This document shows positions 1 through 11,992 of a DNA stretch of 64,000 nt, one piece after another. The translations under genes and the position numbers were made by a program. The notes beneath the pieces were generated by a model. The model saw only the letters and a list, made by a program, of their open reading frames with translations, searched no databases and was not told the origin of the DNA. Each line of letters starts with the position of its first letter. Within the stretch, counting starts at the first letter, position 1. This DNA comes from Penicillus capitatus (lineage: Eukaryota; Plantae; Chlorophyta): assembly GCA_965649825.1 (NCBI GenBank), contig OZ287701.1, positions 981,101-1,045,100 of the forward strand. The letters run 5' to 3'.

Positions 1-1287
1 GGCTCAGTCAAGAGAAAATACAATGCCAGCCAAGTCTATGCACCCCGCCCAACAACAGAGATCATCATCTCACTCGATCTGCAGAGAACGGCCTACCTGT
101 CCTTCTAGCTGACACAATCGAAAACGCTCATTGGCGGCGACGGTTGTCCATGCGTTGTCGACATACTTCTCGATCTGCAAAGAATACAACGTCGGCTGAC
201 TGTCACATCATGGCGGCGAACTCCGGACTTTGTTTCCTGAGTATCGAACCCAGGGAGAAGAGTGGATCAAAGGAATGAGTGTCATGATCATGTCCAACGA
301 TCGCAAGACACAGCCCATGACACACAGAGGCAGTCTAGGCAGCGTTTCCGCAATGTACCTATCCACAGCCGCTCTTCAAGAGAGAAGAGATCGTGGCTGG
401 TGCTGACGCGAAGATCGTCATGGCGCATGCCGCTGTGCTGAAACGGATCTGATGGGACTTTTCAGCCATGTCCTCTTCGGGCTTCATTTCCAGCAGTTCT
501 CGAACATCTGCAGCAGCAACAGTCACATCAATTATCTCACTCTATCGCAATGATGTGACCTCTTTGCTGCTTTTGTCGAATGGCTGAGACGTTGAGCCAC
601 GTGAGATGCCGATGGCACCACATAACGATCTCCAACAACGCATCGTCTTCCAAGTCTTCAAGCGAAGACTTGTCAAAGAAGCAGATCTGATCACGATCGG
701 CGTTGCTGTCTGCGCTCGGTCATCGATGATGCGTAACCTCGATGAGATTTGCGATGGTCACTTCGTGGTGCAGTACAAAATACCAGCTGAGTGCATTCTC
801 TTCTCGACAGAAATGCGATTTCAGTCGAGGGAAGACGTTCTCACGCCACGCCTGAGCTTGCGACCGTCCGTCACATCACGAAGGTCGTTTTAGTGATTGG
901 TCGCGGACCTCAATGACGAGCAGCTCATGCACAAGGGTGGCGATTTTCTCGTGGCTCGTCAGAAATTGGACGACGTACTCGTCAGACTGCGTCCTTGCGT
1001 TATGGTGGGCCTTAGAAGAACAGCACAGGTCATGAGACGTCGGGGATATGCGTCAGCGACGGACCTGCAGATTGAGCTTCTCGATCGCGTCCTTCTGCTC
1101 CATCCATCTGGCACTGCCGACCTGAACACGCAAACAGACCGCCACTCGATCACAAACAAACATACTCCCTTACCTCTTCGATACTTATACGCCGCAAGCC
1201 TTGAATCATCATTTCCGCAAGGGACGCCGTCAGTGGTGCCGAATCTTCATCTCTTGTGCGGCGTTCTTGGATAGGCAGTCTGTCCAT
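1..1287 (-). CDS. ZMYND10: ZMYND10/BLU-like axonemal dynein assembly factor (multi-exon, 3' end runs off the window)
   Basis: Manually spliced peptides VGSARWMEQKDAIEKLNLQ|AHHNARTQSDEYVVQFLTSHEKIATLVHELLVIE|AWRENVFP...VLHHEVTIANLIE, IVMWCHRHL and EKYVDNAWTTVAANERFRLCQLEGQ match the ZMYND10 pattern (EKLNMQA, VEELIAVEMWKQKVFP, HHEASIINLLE, YCHRKL, KLDGQVW). ATG at 1287; GT-AG introns of ~50 nt. Confidence 0.88.
522..559. repeat. Inverted pair GTCACATCA-N20-TGATGTGAC forming the 5' part of a ZMYND10 intron
   Basis: Read directly; the minus-strand intron 559-508 begins AG|GTCACATCA, and splicing restores the frame (QQR|DVRELL). Confidence 0.85.
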
Positions 1288-1352
1288 CTGCTTCGACGTG
1301 CTGGATATCTGGCGGCAGAGTCGTCAAGGCGGTCGTTGAAACGCTGAGCGGA

Positions 1353-4183
1353 ATGTCAAAGGAGTATGATGGACTGACTCATCGGCGCGCACAGACATCG
1401 TCGTCAACGCGCATCGCTCGCGGGAGGTTTCGTCCATCGACAGGTGCTGATCTCAGTAATGTCCATTGGATCGCAGATAACGCAATTGGCCTCGCAAACG
1501 CAGCGCTGTCATCGATACCGAATCTCATGGAAGGGGATATCGTCGAGGAGGTGGTCTCATGGTTAAGCGTCGACAGACAACGCCATCTGGCACGCCGCAG
1601 GTGGAACGCGAGATTCAAGGCTATGAGGATTTCTTGAATCGCAAGAGAGATGCGCCATCGAAGGCGACATCGCCACGTCTCCCTCTTACAAAGCCTTCGA
1701 TTTCCGAAACCCATCTTCCGTCGCATCCGTCTTCGCATGGGAAGAAAACGGAGGACGTGATGTTACCCGACGACCGACTGGAGATCGCGCTCTCGACGTC
1801 AGACGAAGAGGAATTGAGTGCACTCTTCGATCAAGCGCTTACCATACCGTCGGGAGCATCTGCAAGAACCTCCAATTCACTCAACGGTGCGATTCGTGCA
1901 GCGCTACGAGAACGTTACGAGCGACGACGTTAGATGCGCCATCGGCTCGAACTGTGTCACTGGCGGAGGCTGCCGAGATTCCAGTTCCACAGCGGGACTG
2001 GTTCGATTTCAAGAACGGAAATATCCAGACGAACAGCGGTGCGGCGATATTGGTGCCTTCCGTCGACGTCCTTCTGCGCGTTCAGGTCCGGAAGAGATCA
2101 CGTCGTCGGCCTACAGTCAAATCGGTGGCTCGTCATACGCAGCGAGTTTACCAGCCAGCGTCGCCAAACCCGAGCAGGTTACGAACGCGGCGGCATCGTC
2201 CTGTGGCGCATGACTGTCGATATCTTGTCACGATACAGGAGGCCAAGCAGAAAAACAGACATTCCAGAGATGCCGTCCAGAAGAATATCGAGGAGGAGAT
2301 GAAGAGGGAATTGACGTTTCGTCCACGACTGATTTCGAAGCAGCGGCGCTACGAAAAGACGCCAGAAAGGCAAGACAGGTGCGAGCCCAGGAATCGGCGG
2401 CATCTGACAGAACGAGGGCATTGTGGAAGGGATGCTCGACTGCTGCAGCTATCGCAGCCGAAGAGGCGCGTGTATGAGACGATGCGTCAGGAGACTGCCG
2501 TCGAACGACAAGAGGCGGCGGATTTGGCCGAGTGTTCGTTTCGACCCAAAACGGGCCGACCGCCAGAGAACCGTCGCAGTGATCGATCCGTAGAAGAACG
2601 GCTGTATCACGCACGCGACGGCAGAACCAGCGCCCTGTAATGCCCCTTGCTGACACCGAGAACACATCCGTATGGCTAAAGGGCGCGGCACACCGCCAAG
2701 AAAGAAGAGAGCGCTCTACTCGAATGCACTTTTCGTCCCGTGACGAACAGCAACAGAGTCAAAGTGAAGAGCTACGTGCCGCTGCAAGAACGGGCGATGG
2801 AAATTCAAATCGCAAAGAGAGAGCGTCTACTGAATCAGAGAGACGAGGTCAGGGAGCCGCCGCAAGTGTGCATCCATCGGCATCGCCTGCGCTTAGGAGA
2901 CGACTTTTGCGCCGGCAATCAATCCACGTTCACAGAAACTCGTCACGCTCAGGAAGAAGAGGTTGTTAAGGAGGATGGAACGGACAGATGGATTGTGTCG
3001 GATCTCTTCTTCGGCGTCGGAGGCCGACGAGCCAGAAGTGTCACTCAAGGCAGCGTGCGTCGCTAAGAGTCGTCGAGGCACGGCGTTGCTATGGCTGTGC
3101 TGCAGCAGGGCTTCATACGAAAGGGATGGCCCGTTTGTCCCGCGAATCAATCCTGCGTCGAAGCGGCTGATTCGCCGCCTCAGTGTTCCTGAAGACTTCA
3201 TGGCTCGGCAGGTGTATTTTGACGAACTCAAGAAGAAAAGGAAAGCAGCGATTCGGATGGAAATGGTGCGTGGCGGCGCCGTTATATACTCAGTCCTACG
3301 ATGTCCGCGTTGTAGGAGGGAGAGGACTGTACGTTTGCCCCTAAGACGAATAACACAGCGGACGTCTTGGCGGCGTCGAGATTCGCTGGACGTCTGGCAG
3401 AAGACGGCGATGAATTTCTGGAAAGATTGGCGCATAAGGATCCCGAATCAAAGGAAGCGAAGCTGCATGCGATGAGCCATGCCGAAATGGCGGCCTACCC
3501 TTTTAAACCCGAAATCAACTCGATCTCCAAACTCATCGGCAAAGTAACCGTCCATCTCACTCTTTTCGAGACTCGCCCATCGAGAGCACGGCGCCAGAGT
3601 CGCACGGTGGAGGAATTGTACGAGGAAGGGAAGAAAAGGAATCGAGTGACGGAACCACAAGATGACGTTATGGAATCGGAATGCACCTTCAAGCCATCGG
3701 TGCACAAGTCCTTACCTAAGTACCTTCGCCTGAAGGCATCGGATCCTCAGGTCGAGCATAAGATGACGGCCTCCTGGCGTTGTGCATCTCTCAAGGCAGT
3801 GCAGGTCGAGGCGAGATTGTGGCAAAAGGCCGAAACGAAGGCGGCGCTTCGGACGCGTCGAAACGAGGAGATGCAGAAGCGGGCAGCGAAACAAGAGATG
3901 AAGGAATGTACATTTACACCGCACATTAAATACCACGTTCCGCAGACCAGGGTGCGATTCGATCGCGCTTTGCTTTCATGGTATCTTTCGTCGTCAGGGG
4001 CCGATCGCCATAGCTGGATTGGGAAGATATCTGGAACTGAGACAATCGGCGCAGCGAATGAAAGAGGAGCAAAAGCGAAGGGAGGAAGAAATCTTTCATC
4101 TTAAATCTGACAGTCCAATGGCAAAATTCACCATTCCTGAACCGTTCAAGCTCTCGGCGCCGCCACTCAAGGGCGAAACGTGA
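1353..4183 (+). CDS. Charged coiled-coil protein with ~9 (E)CTFxP-type repeats and a C-terminal TxPxPF motif; possibly microtubule-associated
   Basis: Repeats seen across exons: ELTFRPRL, ECSFRPKT, ECTFRPVT, TFAPAINP, PFVPRINP, CTFAPKTN, YPFKPEIN, ECTFKPSV, ECTFTPHI. C-terminus reads FTIPEPFKLSAPPLKGET* (stop 4181-4183). Exon structure only partly resolved. Confidence 0.6.
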
Positions 4184-4289
4184 GGCAACGTGGTCTCTCG
4201 GTAGATTGCTTCCTCCTTGAGGCCGACGTCAAATTCGGCGTGCTTGGATGTGCTAAAGTACAGAGGGATGTTTGTTTGATGTGACAGAT

Positions 4290-5804
4290 CTATTGGATGT
4301 TCCGTGAGACGCCCAAGATTTCGGCGGCGTGCGTTGTCGTTAGCTCGGATGGAAAGATCTGAACGTCTGGGGCGCATTCTCTGAAAACGGCGGACTTCTC
4401 CAGGATCTCGCGTTCCTCTTCGGTTGTGATCATGTAGAGCCAGACGCCGTCACCCGCCGTCGCGCGACCGATCGAACAGAAGAGTGGAAAGGTGGGAAAG
4501 GGCGGCAAGGTATAAGCATAGATCGGTCCGCCAGATCCGAAATCGATATCATCAAATGCCAGTTTTGCATAAGACGGTGCAATGCTGATCATCTCCGACA
4601 GTTCTTCGTCCCCTGTCGAATTGGACGATCGGTAAAAGAAGAGGATCGCCTCGAGATTGGCCTCGGGTTTCTGCTGGATGTCAAAGACACGTCGCCGAAT
4701 CGACGATGCCGCTTGAGCTAACGCATCTGTGAATGTCGCCAGATGGTCTTGACTGAAGCTGCCTGTGACGAGAGACGCCGCTGTCGCATTGCCAAAGTAA
4801 TTCTGCGGAATCACGGGGACAGATGTTGTGCGGACGTCGACAGAGAGGAACAGCGATGTGCCATCGATGGGCAAGGCGGATGATGTGACAGGATGTGACG
4901 TTGACTTGCATTCTGCCTTGTACAGCCAATGCAGCGCACAGACCAGATCATTGGTCGAGACAAACGGCACCCCCTGTAGCTTGCCCTCGACACTCTTTTT
5001 CATTTGATCAATGGTTTTCTGTCAAAACATCCGGATCAAATGGATCAGGTAGGTAGTAGCGTGCAAATGTGTGACCTGTGGGCAGTGGACGAGGGCGATC
5101 GAGAGAGGCGGCATTTCGACGTCTGGCATCTCCGGTGCCGTGATGTGACGTGGATACATCTCGGGTGTGTGTCCCGGAACGTCAAAGTGTGAGATATAAC
5201 TGTCCGGCCAATAGAAACTCCGATCGAAATATCTCGCAGCGATCGGCATGTCGCGATAGGCGCGGCCAATATCGGCGAGCAACTGAACCATGCGTTCACC
5301 GTCACACACGAGATGCCGCAAGGCAACACTGAAGACGCACCCATCGTTGAGATGCGTGAGATGCACACCAAAGAGCGGCGCCGTATCGGAGAGCACCGGA
5401 TGCGACTCGACGGGATCCAGATAGAAAGGCCACGTCATACAGAGTGGTCCAGAGGGACTGGGTCCCACGATCATACGCTCAGCGCATCGTATGCCAACGA
5501 GATCGGTATCGACCCGAATCTCGACGGCGATGAATCCGTTGTCTTCATCCGGGTCGACGCGGATACAATGTCGTCCGTTTTCTGCCGGAACTAATCGCCC
5601 GCAGAGAAGGGGATAGGACTGCTCGAGTGTGGTCAGCGCTTTGAGCAGGGACGGCCATTCGATGTCGGTCGTGTAGAAGAGGGGCCAGCAAATCCAGCTC
5701 TGTAGCATGCCGGGATCCAAATCGATGGGGCACAGTTCATAGCTTTGCGCTTTTGTCAATCGCGTCGAGACGCGCTCGACTGCCAGTACAGAGATGGATG
5801 TCAT
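4290..5804 (-). CDS. BAHD-family acyl-CoA-dependent acyltransferase (2 exons)
   Basis: HXXXDG catalytic motif (LRHLVCDG), YPLLCGRL N-terminal motif, NYFGNA and a DFGSG variant of the DFGWG motif; one intron joins ORFs 5022-5804 and 4290-5003. Confidence 0.85.
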
Positions 5805-6335
5805 GGGATGGCTGTGATGGTTGCGTTGCAGCTCCTTCGTCTACGTTCACTTGATGTGACAGATCGACCGCCTCGTGTCTGACGAGCCGCCGCAGTGGCT
5901 GTCCACTGGTCGTGCGTGATGTGACGTTCAGAAGAACAGCGACGTTCGTTTGTGCCTTGCGCAGACACTCGGCTGTCACATCAGCATCACGCGTGTACCG
6001 CACAAAGCAGCGGGAGACAGAAGCCCGCGGATGCGCAGCTTTTTTGCCGTTTCTGGTGCCTTTCCGCTTCAGAGACGCGTCTGGGCTATTCTGTAAGGCG
6101 CACGACTCGTGTCTGTCACTCATGCCGCGTCGCGCACCTAATGGTACCCAGACACATCTGGTCCAACTGCTTGATACAGGTATCCACGTGTCCGTCTTCC
6201 ATCAGAAACAGTCTGAGCGTTGCCGAAATCCTGAGAGTTTTGATACAAAAGAGCGGAGTTCAGAATTCCATTGGATGATAAGGAATCATTGGGCTTTCGT
6301 GTTGATTGTCGTAATACGGATCGTAGAACATGGAA

Positions 6336-7304
6336 CTAGATCCTGCTGAAGATGCTGCACAGGGATACGGTGGAACAGAACCACTTCCTGGAGTACGACT
6401 CAGCAACGCCAGAGCACTCCCTGTGATCCACGACCCATGGTTCATGATGTGACAGGCATAAGGACCCACCCATAGTGATGATCTCAGCAAAGGCATAGAA
6501 CATCATATCCAGTACACCATCCTCCGAATACGTCAGTCCCTTCTCCTTCAACGTCGATGCGATTTCTGTGGCTGCCTTCAAAATGAAACTGATGACAGAG
6601 ATGGCAGTGATGGAAGAGACCTCTCGAATCTGAAGCGAAAGGACAGACATGGGTGCAGTGTGAAAAAGAGTGAGAAGTGTGACCTTGTTCATAAGAGTGG
6701 CGGAACGGATTGGAGAGTGCTTGAGCAAAGTTAAGAGTTTGCCTCCATAGTATGCGAAGGCGGCCATGGCGACGATGTCCAAAGTGGCAAGCAAAAGGGC
6801 AGATGCCCGACGCCCCACATGCAATGTCTCATCATAGGCACAGAGACTCCACAAGAGAGCACCTGTGACGTAGCCAGCCACATTGATCACAACAAAAATC
6901 GTCTGCAGGGAGCACTGCCATTGGACATCCATCTCCACATGAACAATTTCAGCCCAGAAAAGCACGAGCAGTGTGTAGGTGCTGAAGAAGAGCAGGCTGG
7001 TAAAGTCAACAACAAAAGTGGCAATTCCCGCTGTCTCAGGCTGACGATGCATGGGCTCACAGGCAAAGAGAGATACAGCCCTGAAGAGGCATATCACGAC
7101 ATTGAGTGTTTGAAATCCCTTTTGCATCGTCCATTGACTGATGTGGACCAGAAAGTGTATCCTTGCTAACTGAATCAGAGTAACGAGGCCCATGATGGAA
7201 TAGAGGGAAGCCAGGATATAGGGAATACAGGGACCACTGCCACATCCCGTTTGAAAGAGAGCTTGAGTAAAAGAAGCGTCGTCTTGCCCCAGAAGGACGC
7301 GCAT
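6336..7304 (-). CDS. TOM1: TOM1/THH1/TOM3-like (DUF1084) multi-pass membrane protein
   Basis: LIQLARI...WTMQK.F..LN...RA and LLFFSTYTLLVLFWAEI motifs, plus REVSSITAI, match the tobamovirus multiplication 1 family; at least one intron near 6630-6685. 5' end uncertain. Confidence 0.82.
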   Translation of the reverse strand: MRVLLGQDDASFTQALFQTGCGSGPCIPYILASLYSIMGLVTLIQLARIHFLVHISQWTMQKGFQTLNVVICLFRAVSLFACEPMHRQPETAGIATFVVDFTSLLFFSTYTLLVLFWAEIVHVEMDVQWQCSLQTIFVVINVAGYVTGALLWSLCAYDETLHVGRRASALLLATLDIVAMAAFAYYGGKLLTLLKHSPIRSATLMNKVTLLTLFHTAPMSVLSLQIREVSSITAISVISFILKAATEIASTLKEKGLTYSEDGVLDMMFYAFAEIITMGGSLCLSHHEPWVVDHRECSGVAESYSRKWFCSTVSLCSIFSRI

Positions 7305-7970
7305 TGACGCGCGCAGGTCCAGCAGTGCGCACTAACTACCACGCTGGTCACAGAAACGCTTCCTCATACGGGCGCGCCGTGCAGAATCGATGAGCAATTG
7401 TCGGGCGACGACGTGTGCAACGCTGACAGGCAACCAGCCAGTCCGTCAGTCCGTCAGACGGAGACGGTCATCTTCAGCCGAAATCGTTCAATGATGCATT
7501 TGATCGAAGGCACAAGGCGGGTGAAGGACAAGACAAGCAACCGTTTTGCTGAGCTGTTTGTGACCCACTGCTATTTTGCACATGGTGCGGTTTTCCAAAA
7601 CGGGTCTATGGAGTAAACGTTGCCGCAGATGCTCTCCGCGTCATCTCCTGTATGGCTGGCACTGTCTCGATGCGGCCAACATCCAAAAACCTTACAGCCA
7701 TCGAGCTGTCTGCGGCTAAGTTGGACGGAAGAGCTCGTCCGTGGCGTTGCCGTCGCCAAAGGGCTGTCCTTTCAGCGCGAATCGCATGGCAGCAAGGACA
7801 AAAGCGAGAAGGAGCTGCTAGCCGTGTGAATGTTGCTCGTGATGGGGGTGGTGGATTTCAGCCATGGCGCTGGGACACAGACGTGCTCTTCAGTTCATGC
7901 ATCTTAAGCTTTTTGCCGACGCCATCGTCGCGAACGAACGGACCATCTGTCTTTCGACGCGTGGCTCAGC

Positions 7971-8703
7971 TCAGGAGACAGAACGAAGGGCTTCCGCTGT
8001 CTGTGCTGCACGGCAGCGTCTAAACATGGCGTTCTTAACAGACAGCATCCGTCGCAGCAGCTGTCTGGTTATCCAACTGGCCCTCTTCCGCGCAGTTTCT
8101 GTGGAACGACCGCATGCTTCCATTAGAAGGACAGAACCGTTTTGCTGCGAGGATACGACGGCAACGGTCGTCTGAGCTGGGTAAACGAGGACAGCTCGAT
8201 CCGTGCTGTAAGAATCCGGTGCATCTGGAAAGCAGCTTCTCCTTGATTCGACGTCGGCATTGCGAATCGCCCGGTTTCCTACGAGCTTCGCATCCACGTC
8301 GTGGCTCCTTTCCGTCCTCGCGGAGACAATTTTCCAACGCTCGGTCGTTCCGTTAGAGCTGTTTTGGGACACAGTACTTATAGGAGTGAGCCACACTCAC
8401 GCGTATGACGCGGTTATCACGTCGCTATTCGCTGCATTCCGCATCGCGTTCCGTTTCGTGGGGATACGATTTTCGTTTGTTATCCTGCAGGACGCGGTAG
8501 CGAAGTTCCATACGACCAAGCAACTGTTCCTGTGTCTGGTCCAGAAAGGCGGAAAGTGACTGACTATCCACATCAGCCGCGTATGCCGCGTAGGCGCCCC
8601 GCGTCGCAGGACGAATAGTATTTCTTCTATAGACGAGGAGCTTTGCCAGAACGAGATTTGAACGCGTGGCCTTCTTTTGGAGCAGGACATCGAGGACGGA
8701 CAT
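7971..8703 (-). CDS. Hypothetical protein (probable spliced gene, product unknown)
   Basis: ATG at 8703 lies head-to-head with the kinase-like gene; coding-like segments and a plausible gtgag...cag intron near 8360-8400. No recognisable domain; frame not resolved. Confidence 0.25.
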
Positions 8704-8776
8704 CTTAGGGCACTACTTATCTTGCTGCCAGCTTGCGGTCTGCTTTGAAGCTGCTTATCTGTGACAAGAGAAATCG

Positions 8777-10144
8777 ATGATGGCCGCTGACATGGCGAAG
8801 CAGAGTCGCCGTTTTGTCATTGTACGTAGCAGGGCCAACAGGGTCCACAGAATTGACCTTTTTCCAAAGCCTTCTGCTGTGTAGGTTTCTGAGATTGACC
8901 TGGGTATACCCTGCTCTGTATCCGTGGCGACGGACGACAAATTTGACAACGGACTTGTTTGCATCCTGTCGATCTCCAGAGAAAATTGGGTACGCCCACG
9001 CCACGGACCCTCGCCTCGACCCGTCGGACCGCTTTGTAGGTCAGCGCTTGGCTAAAAACCGAATTCCGAGCCAGGTGCCGTCTATACCATCCCCATATAC
9101 TGACCCTCTACGACGTAAGCTTCGTCCTCCGCCTCTCGACTGCTCGTCGAAAATGACGTCACGTCTTGCCGAACTGAAGGGATGCGTTTCCTGTGTTACA
9201 GGTATTCCTATGCGGCGAGGAGATTCGTGTGATTTTTGAACATCCCAGAGGTGTGAACTTGTTACTGTTTTTACAGAGATGTCAACCAAATGAACACGTT
9301 GTTCGACATCTCTTTCAGCAACTGATCTTCGCTGTTGACTACTATCACCACGCGGTGGGCATCTCTCCTGCCGTCGATGATGGACATGAGTGTTGTGTGA
9401 TGGACGCCCAGGGTGTTGATGGTCTTGACCTTACATTGGAAAGAGTCTTCTGTAACATGGAGAGCGGCATCGTGAAGCTCATTGACTTCGGAATGGTCGA
9501 TGCGACTCCGACGGGCACAAGACTCTATGCTCTGCCTTATGTGGCGCCTGAACAGTTAAGGCAGTCCTTCTCCGAGACAAAACACAATAAGGTCAACGCT
9601 GGTTTGCTGTCTGGGATGACGTCACATCATCTATCTGTTCTAGGCGTCTGATGTATGGCACTGTGGTGTACTGTTATACTGTATGCTCTTTCGCACATTT
9701 CCTTTCTGTCCGAAGCACAGAGCATCCAAAGATGAACATATACATGTATGTACATCTCTGCCCGACCCATGCGTGATGTGACAGGTGGTGTGATGCTGTG
9801 TGCAGAATATCTTGAATGGAAAATGGAGTATTCCGCCTGCTGCCGCCGCCAGTGTCAGCTCCGAATGCAAGGAGCTGTTGCGAGGAATGCTGACACTGGA
9901 TCCGACAGAAAGAATCACTCTATCGCAAATCAAGAAACACCCATGGTATTCAAATGACTTACCCGAAGGCGTTTTACAATATCGATTCCTCGAACGACCT
10001 CAAGACGGATTGATCGAGGTGCGTGCCGACATCCGACCACACGTGTGACCTTACCCCTAACCCCACCCGTGGTGTGCTGTTCAGAAAGTGGAGGTTCTCA
10101 GAGGGTGTTGGGCCGCTGCTCAGTCGTCCCGGACATCTCAATAG
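8777..10144 (+). CDS. SnRK2/CAMK-like protein kinase fold, probable pseudokinase
   Basis: Spliced peptide includes LYHPHILTLYD, LFQQLIFAVDYYH, KLIDFG, YVAPE, SDVWHCGVLLYCML, ECKELLRGMLTLDPTERITLSQIKKHPWY. The G-loop, VAVK lysine and HRD motif are degenerate. Confidence 0.8.
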
Positions 10145-11051
10145 AGTGAGTGATCTGATGACCTGCTTTACTTCTTATTCGTCATCGTCGAGCTTATTAC
10201 TTTGGATGCATCCCATCGTAATGAAGGATCTTTGTACGATACCTTTCCTAATGAAAAAGAAATCGAATCTGTCAGCAGAATGAGGCATGCGACATATTTT
10301 AGAGCTGTACCCCTCTCTTTTCATACGACACCGACTGCAGAGATCTTCATCTTCGAATTTACCATGCAGTTCGTCTTGGTGGTTTCTTTTCTAATGCATG
10401 CATGCACCAACTTCCTCGCGAACGTGCTGCTTCAAGTTTCAGTTCCTTTGCCAATGACAACTGGTTGTGGGGTGGTGGTTGACTGCGGATCGTGATTGGA
10501 TGACATCTCTGCGAGACATCGGAGACAAAAATAAGTGACGGAGCGGTCCAAGCCGTTTTTCTAAAACGAAAACTGTCACCGATCGCCGAGAAGAGAACGC
10601 GTTCCAATATCGAGGGGGTATATCTATTACAGAACATCATGCCTGTCTGTCCTTTTCAAAAAATTTGCATGAGTCCTTTTCTTGCCGCTCGCTGAATGAG
10701 AGAGAGTTCTGTATAAGAAAAAGGCGAAGAATATTTGAAACGTTATCTTAGTCCTGTCTGAGTGACGACAAAGCCATTTGCAATAGGTTACATACCGTAG
10801 ACACTCTATCATCCCGTCCAGACGCATCCTGTAAACTCTCCCTTCAATATAGCAGGCTATGGGCTTGCAAAATCATCTACGTAGAGCCATGTGTCTGGTC
10901 CACACTCAGCACAACGCCAACGATAAGGAATTGGAAGGGGGATTGGACAGGTGCCACGCGGTGATGACACGACGTCGCTCGGCGAGAAGGCTGACGCGAG
11001 AGATAGCGGATCGTGCGTCTGTCTTACGCGGATAACAGCTGTGCGTGAGGG

Positions 11052-11879
11052 TTGTGGGTGCGTTCGTGCGAGCATAGGTCATCGGCCGCCATCGTCACGG
11101 TCTTGGCGACGAATGTCGACATTCCTCGGCGACGCAAACGGACTCCATTGCCCTCAGCTTCTTTCTCCCCATCCTTTGCGGATTGGAAGACAGCGAGAGG
11201 CGCAGACTGCGTGACTTCGAGGATGCTCTTGGAGAGTACCCGAGTCGGGACGACAGCCATTCGGATTCATTCGCGTCACATCTCGCCCGAAGCAACCTCC
11301 GCACTCGAGGCTATGCGTGTCTTGTGTCATCCGTCACGGCTGCGCTCTGCTCTGGCCCTTCCACCCTCGCTGCGTTCTTTGTGTTTCTTTTGCAAAGCGG
11401 ATGAGCTCGATTTCGAAGAAGACGTCTACTCCGAGCACTTTGTCAATTCTGTACACCTCTCGAAGCAGCTGCGCGAATCGGCTCTTGCCATCGAACAGGC
11501 GACGGAGAAGTTGCGCATACCGTGTTATCTGAAGGACGATCCCGACGACATCTCGACACGCAACTGCAGTGCCCGTCTCGCACTGGCTGAGGAACTCGGA
11601 GGACATCACCCAACGATACGTTCCCTCACGGACTCCTTCAAAATCCATCTGAGCGATGCCGTCGAAAGCGGAACGCTCTTTCGCTGCCTCTACTGTCAGA
11701 CGTTCTACTCTGGGTCTCTCCGTGAACTGGACCAATTGGACCTCCCCTGTGCCGTAGGAGGAAGCGAAGAAAACCAGTTCCGCTGCAAAACGGTGCCGGT
11801 CGCTTTTGATGATCTCTTTCGCCGCGTGGCCAATCTTTGGGCCAAGCGTCTCATGTTTCAAAGCCGACTGTCAGCGTAG
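11052..11879 (+). CDS. Hypothetical protein with a CxxC motif (FRCLYCQTF)
   Basis: Coding-like 3' exon ADELDFEEDV...WAKRLMFQSRLSA*; start and 5' exons uncertain; no family recognised. Confidence 0.45.
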   Translation: MWVRSCEHRSSAAIVTVLATNVDIPRRRKRTPLPSASFSPSFADWKTARGADCVTSRMLLESTRVGTTAIRIHSRHISPEATSALEAMRVLCHPSRLRSALALPPSLRSLCFFCKADELDFEEDVYSEHFVNSVHLSKQLRESALAIEQATEKLRIPCYLKDDPDDISTRNCSARLALAEELGGHHPTIRSLTDSFKIHLSDAVESGTLFRCLYCQTFYSGSLRELDQLDLPCAVGGSEENQFRCKTVPVAFDDLFRRVANLWAKRLMFQSRLSA

Positions 11880-11992
11880 GACGTCGCGCTATCCGTGATG
11901 TGACGTCTGAGCAAACGGAACATGTCAGGAAAGAGCCACCTGTAAAAAAGAGCCATTGCCAGCACATCGCTGCATTGTTTGGACTGTCGGCA

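Noticed and set aside
5900-6330. Possible small gene between BAHD and TOM1
   Set aside because: No consistent spliced ORF or recognisable motif; probably UTR or promoter sequence.
10200-10830. Coding-like fragments between the pseudokinase and the 11052 gene
   Set aside because: Multiple stops in all frames and no recognisable domain.
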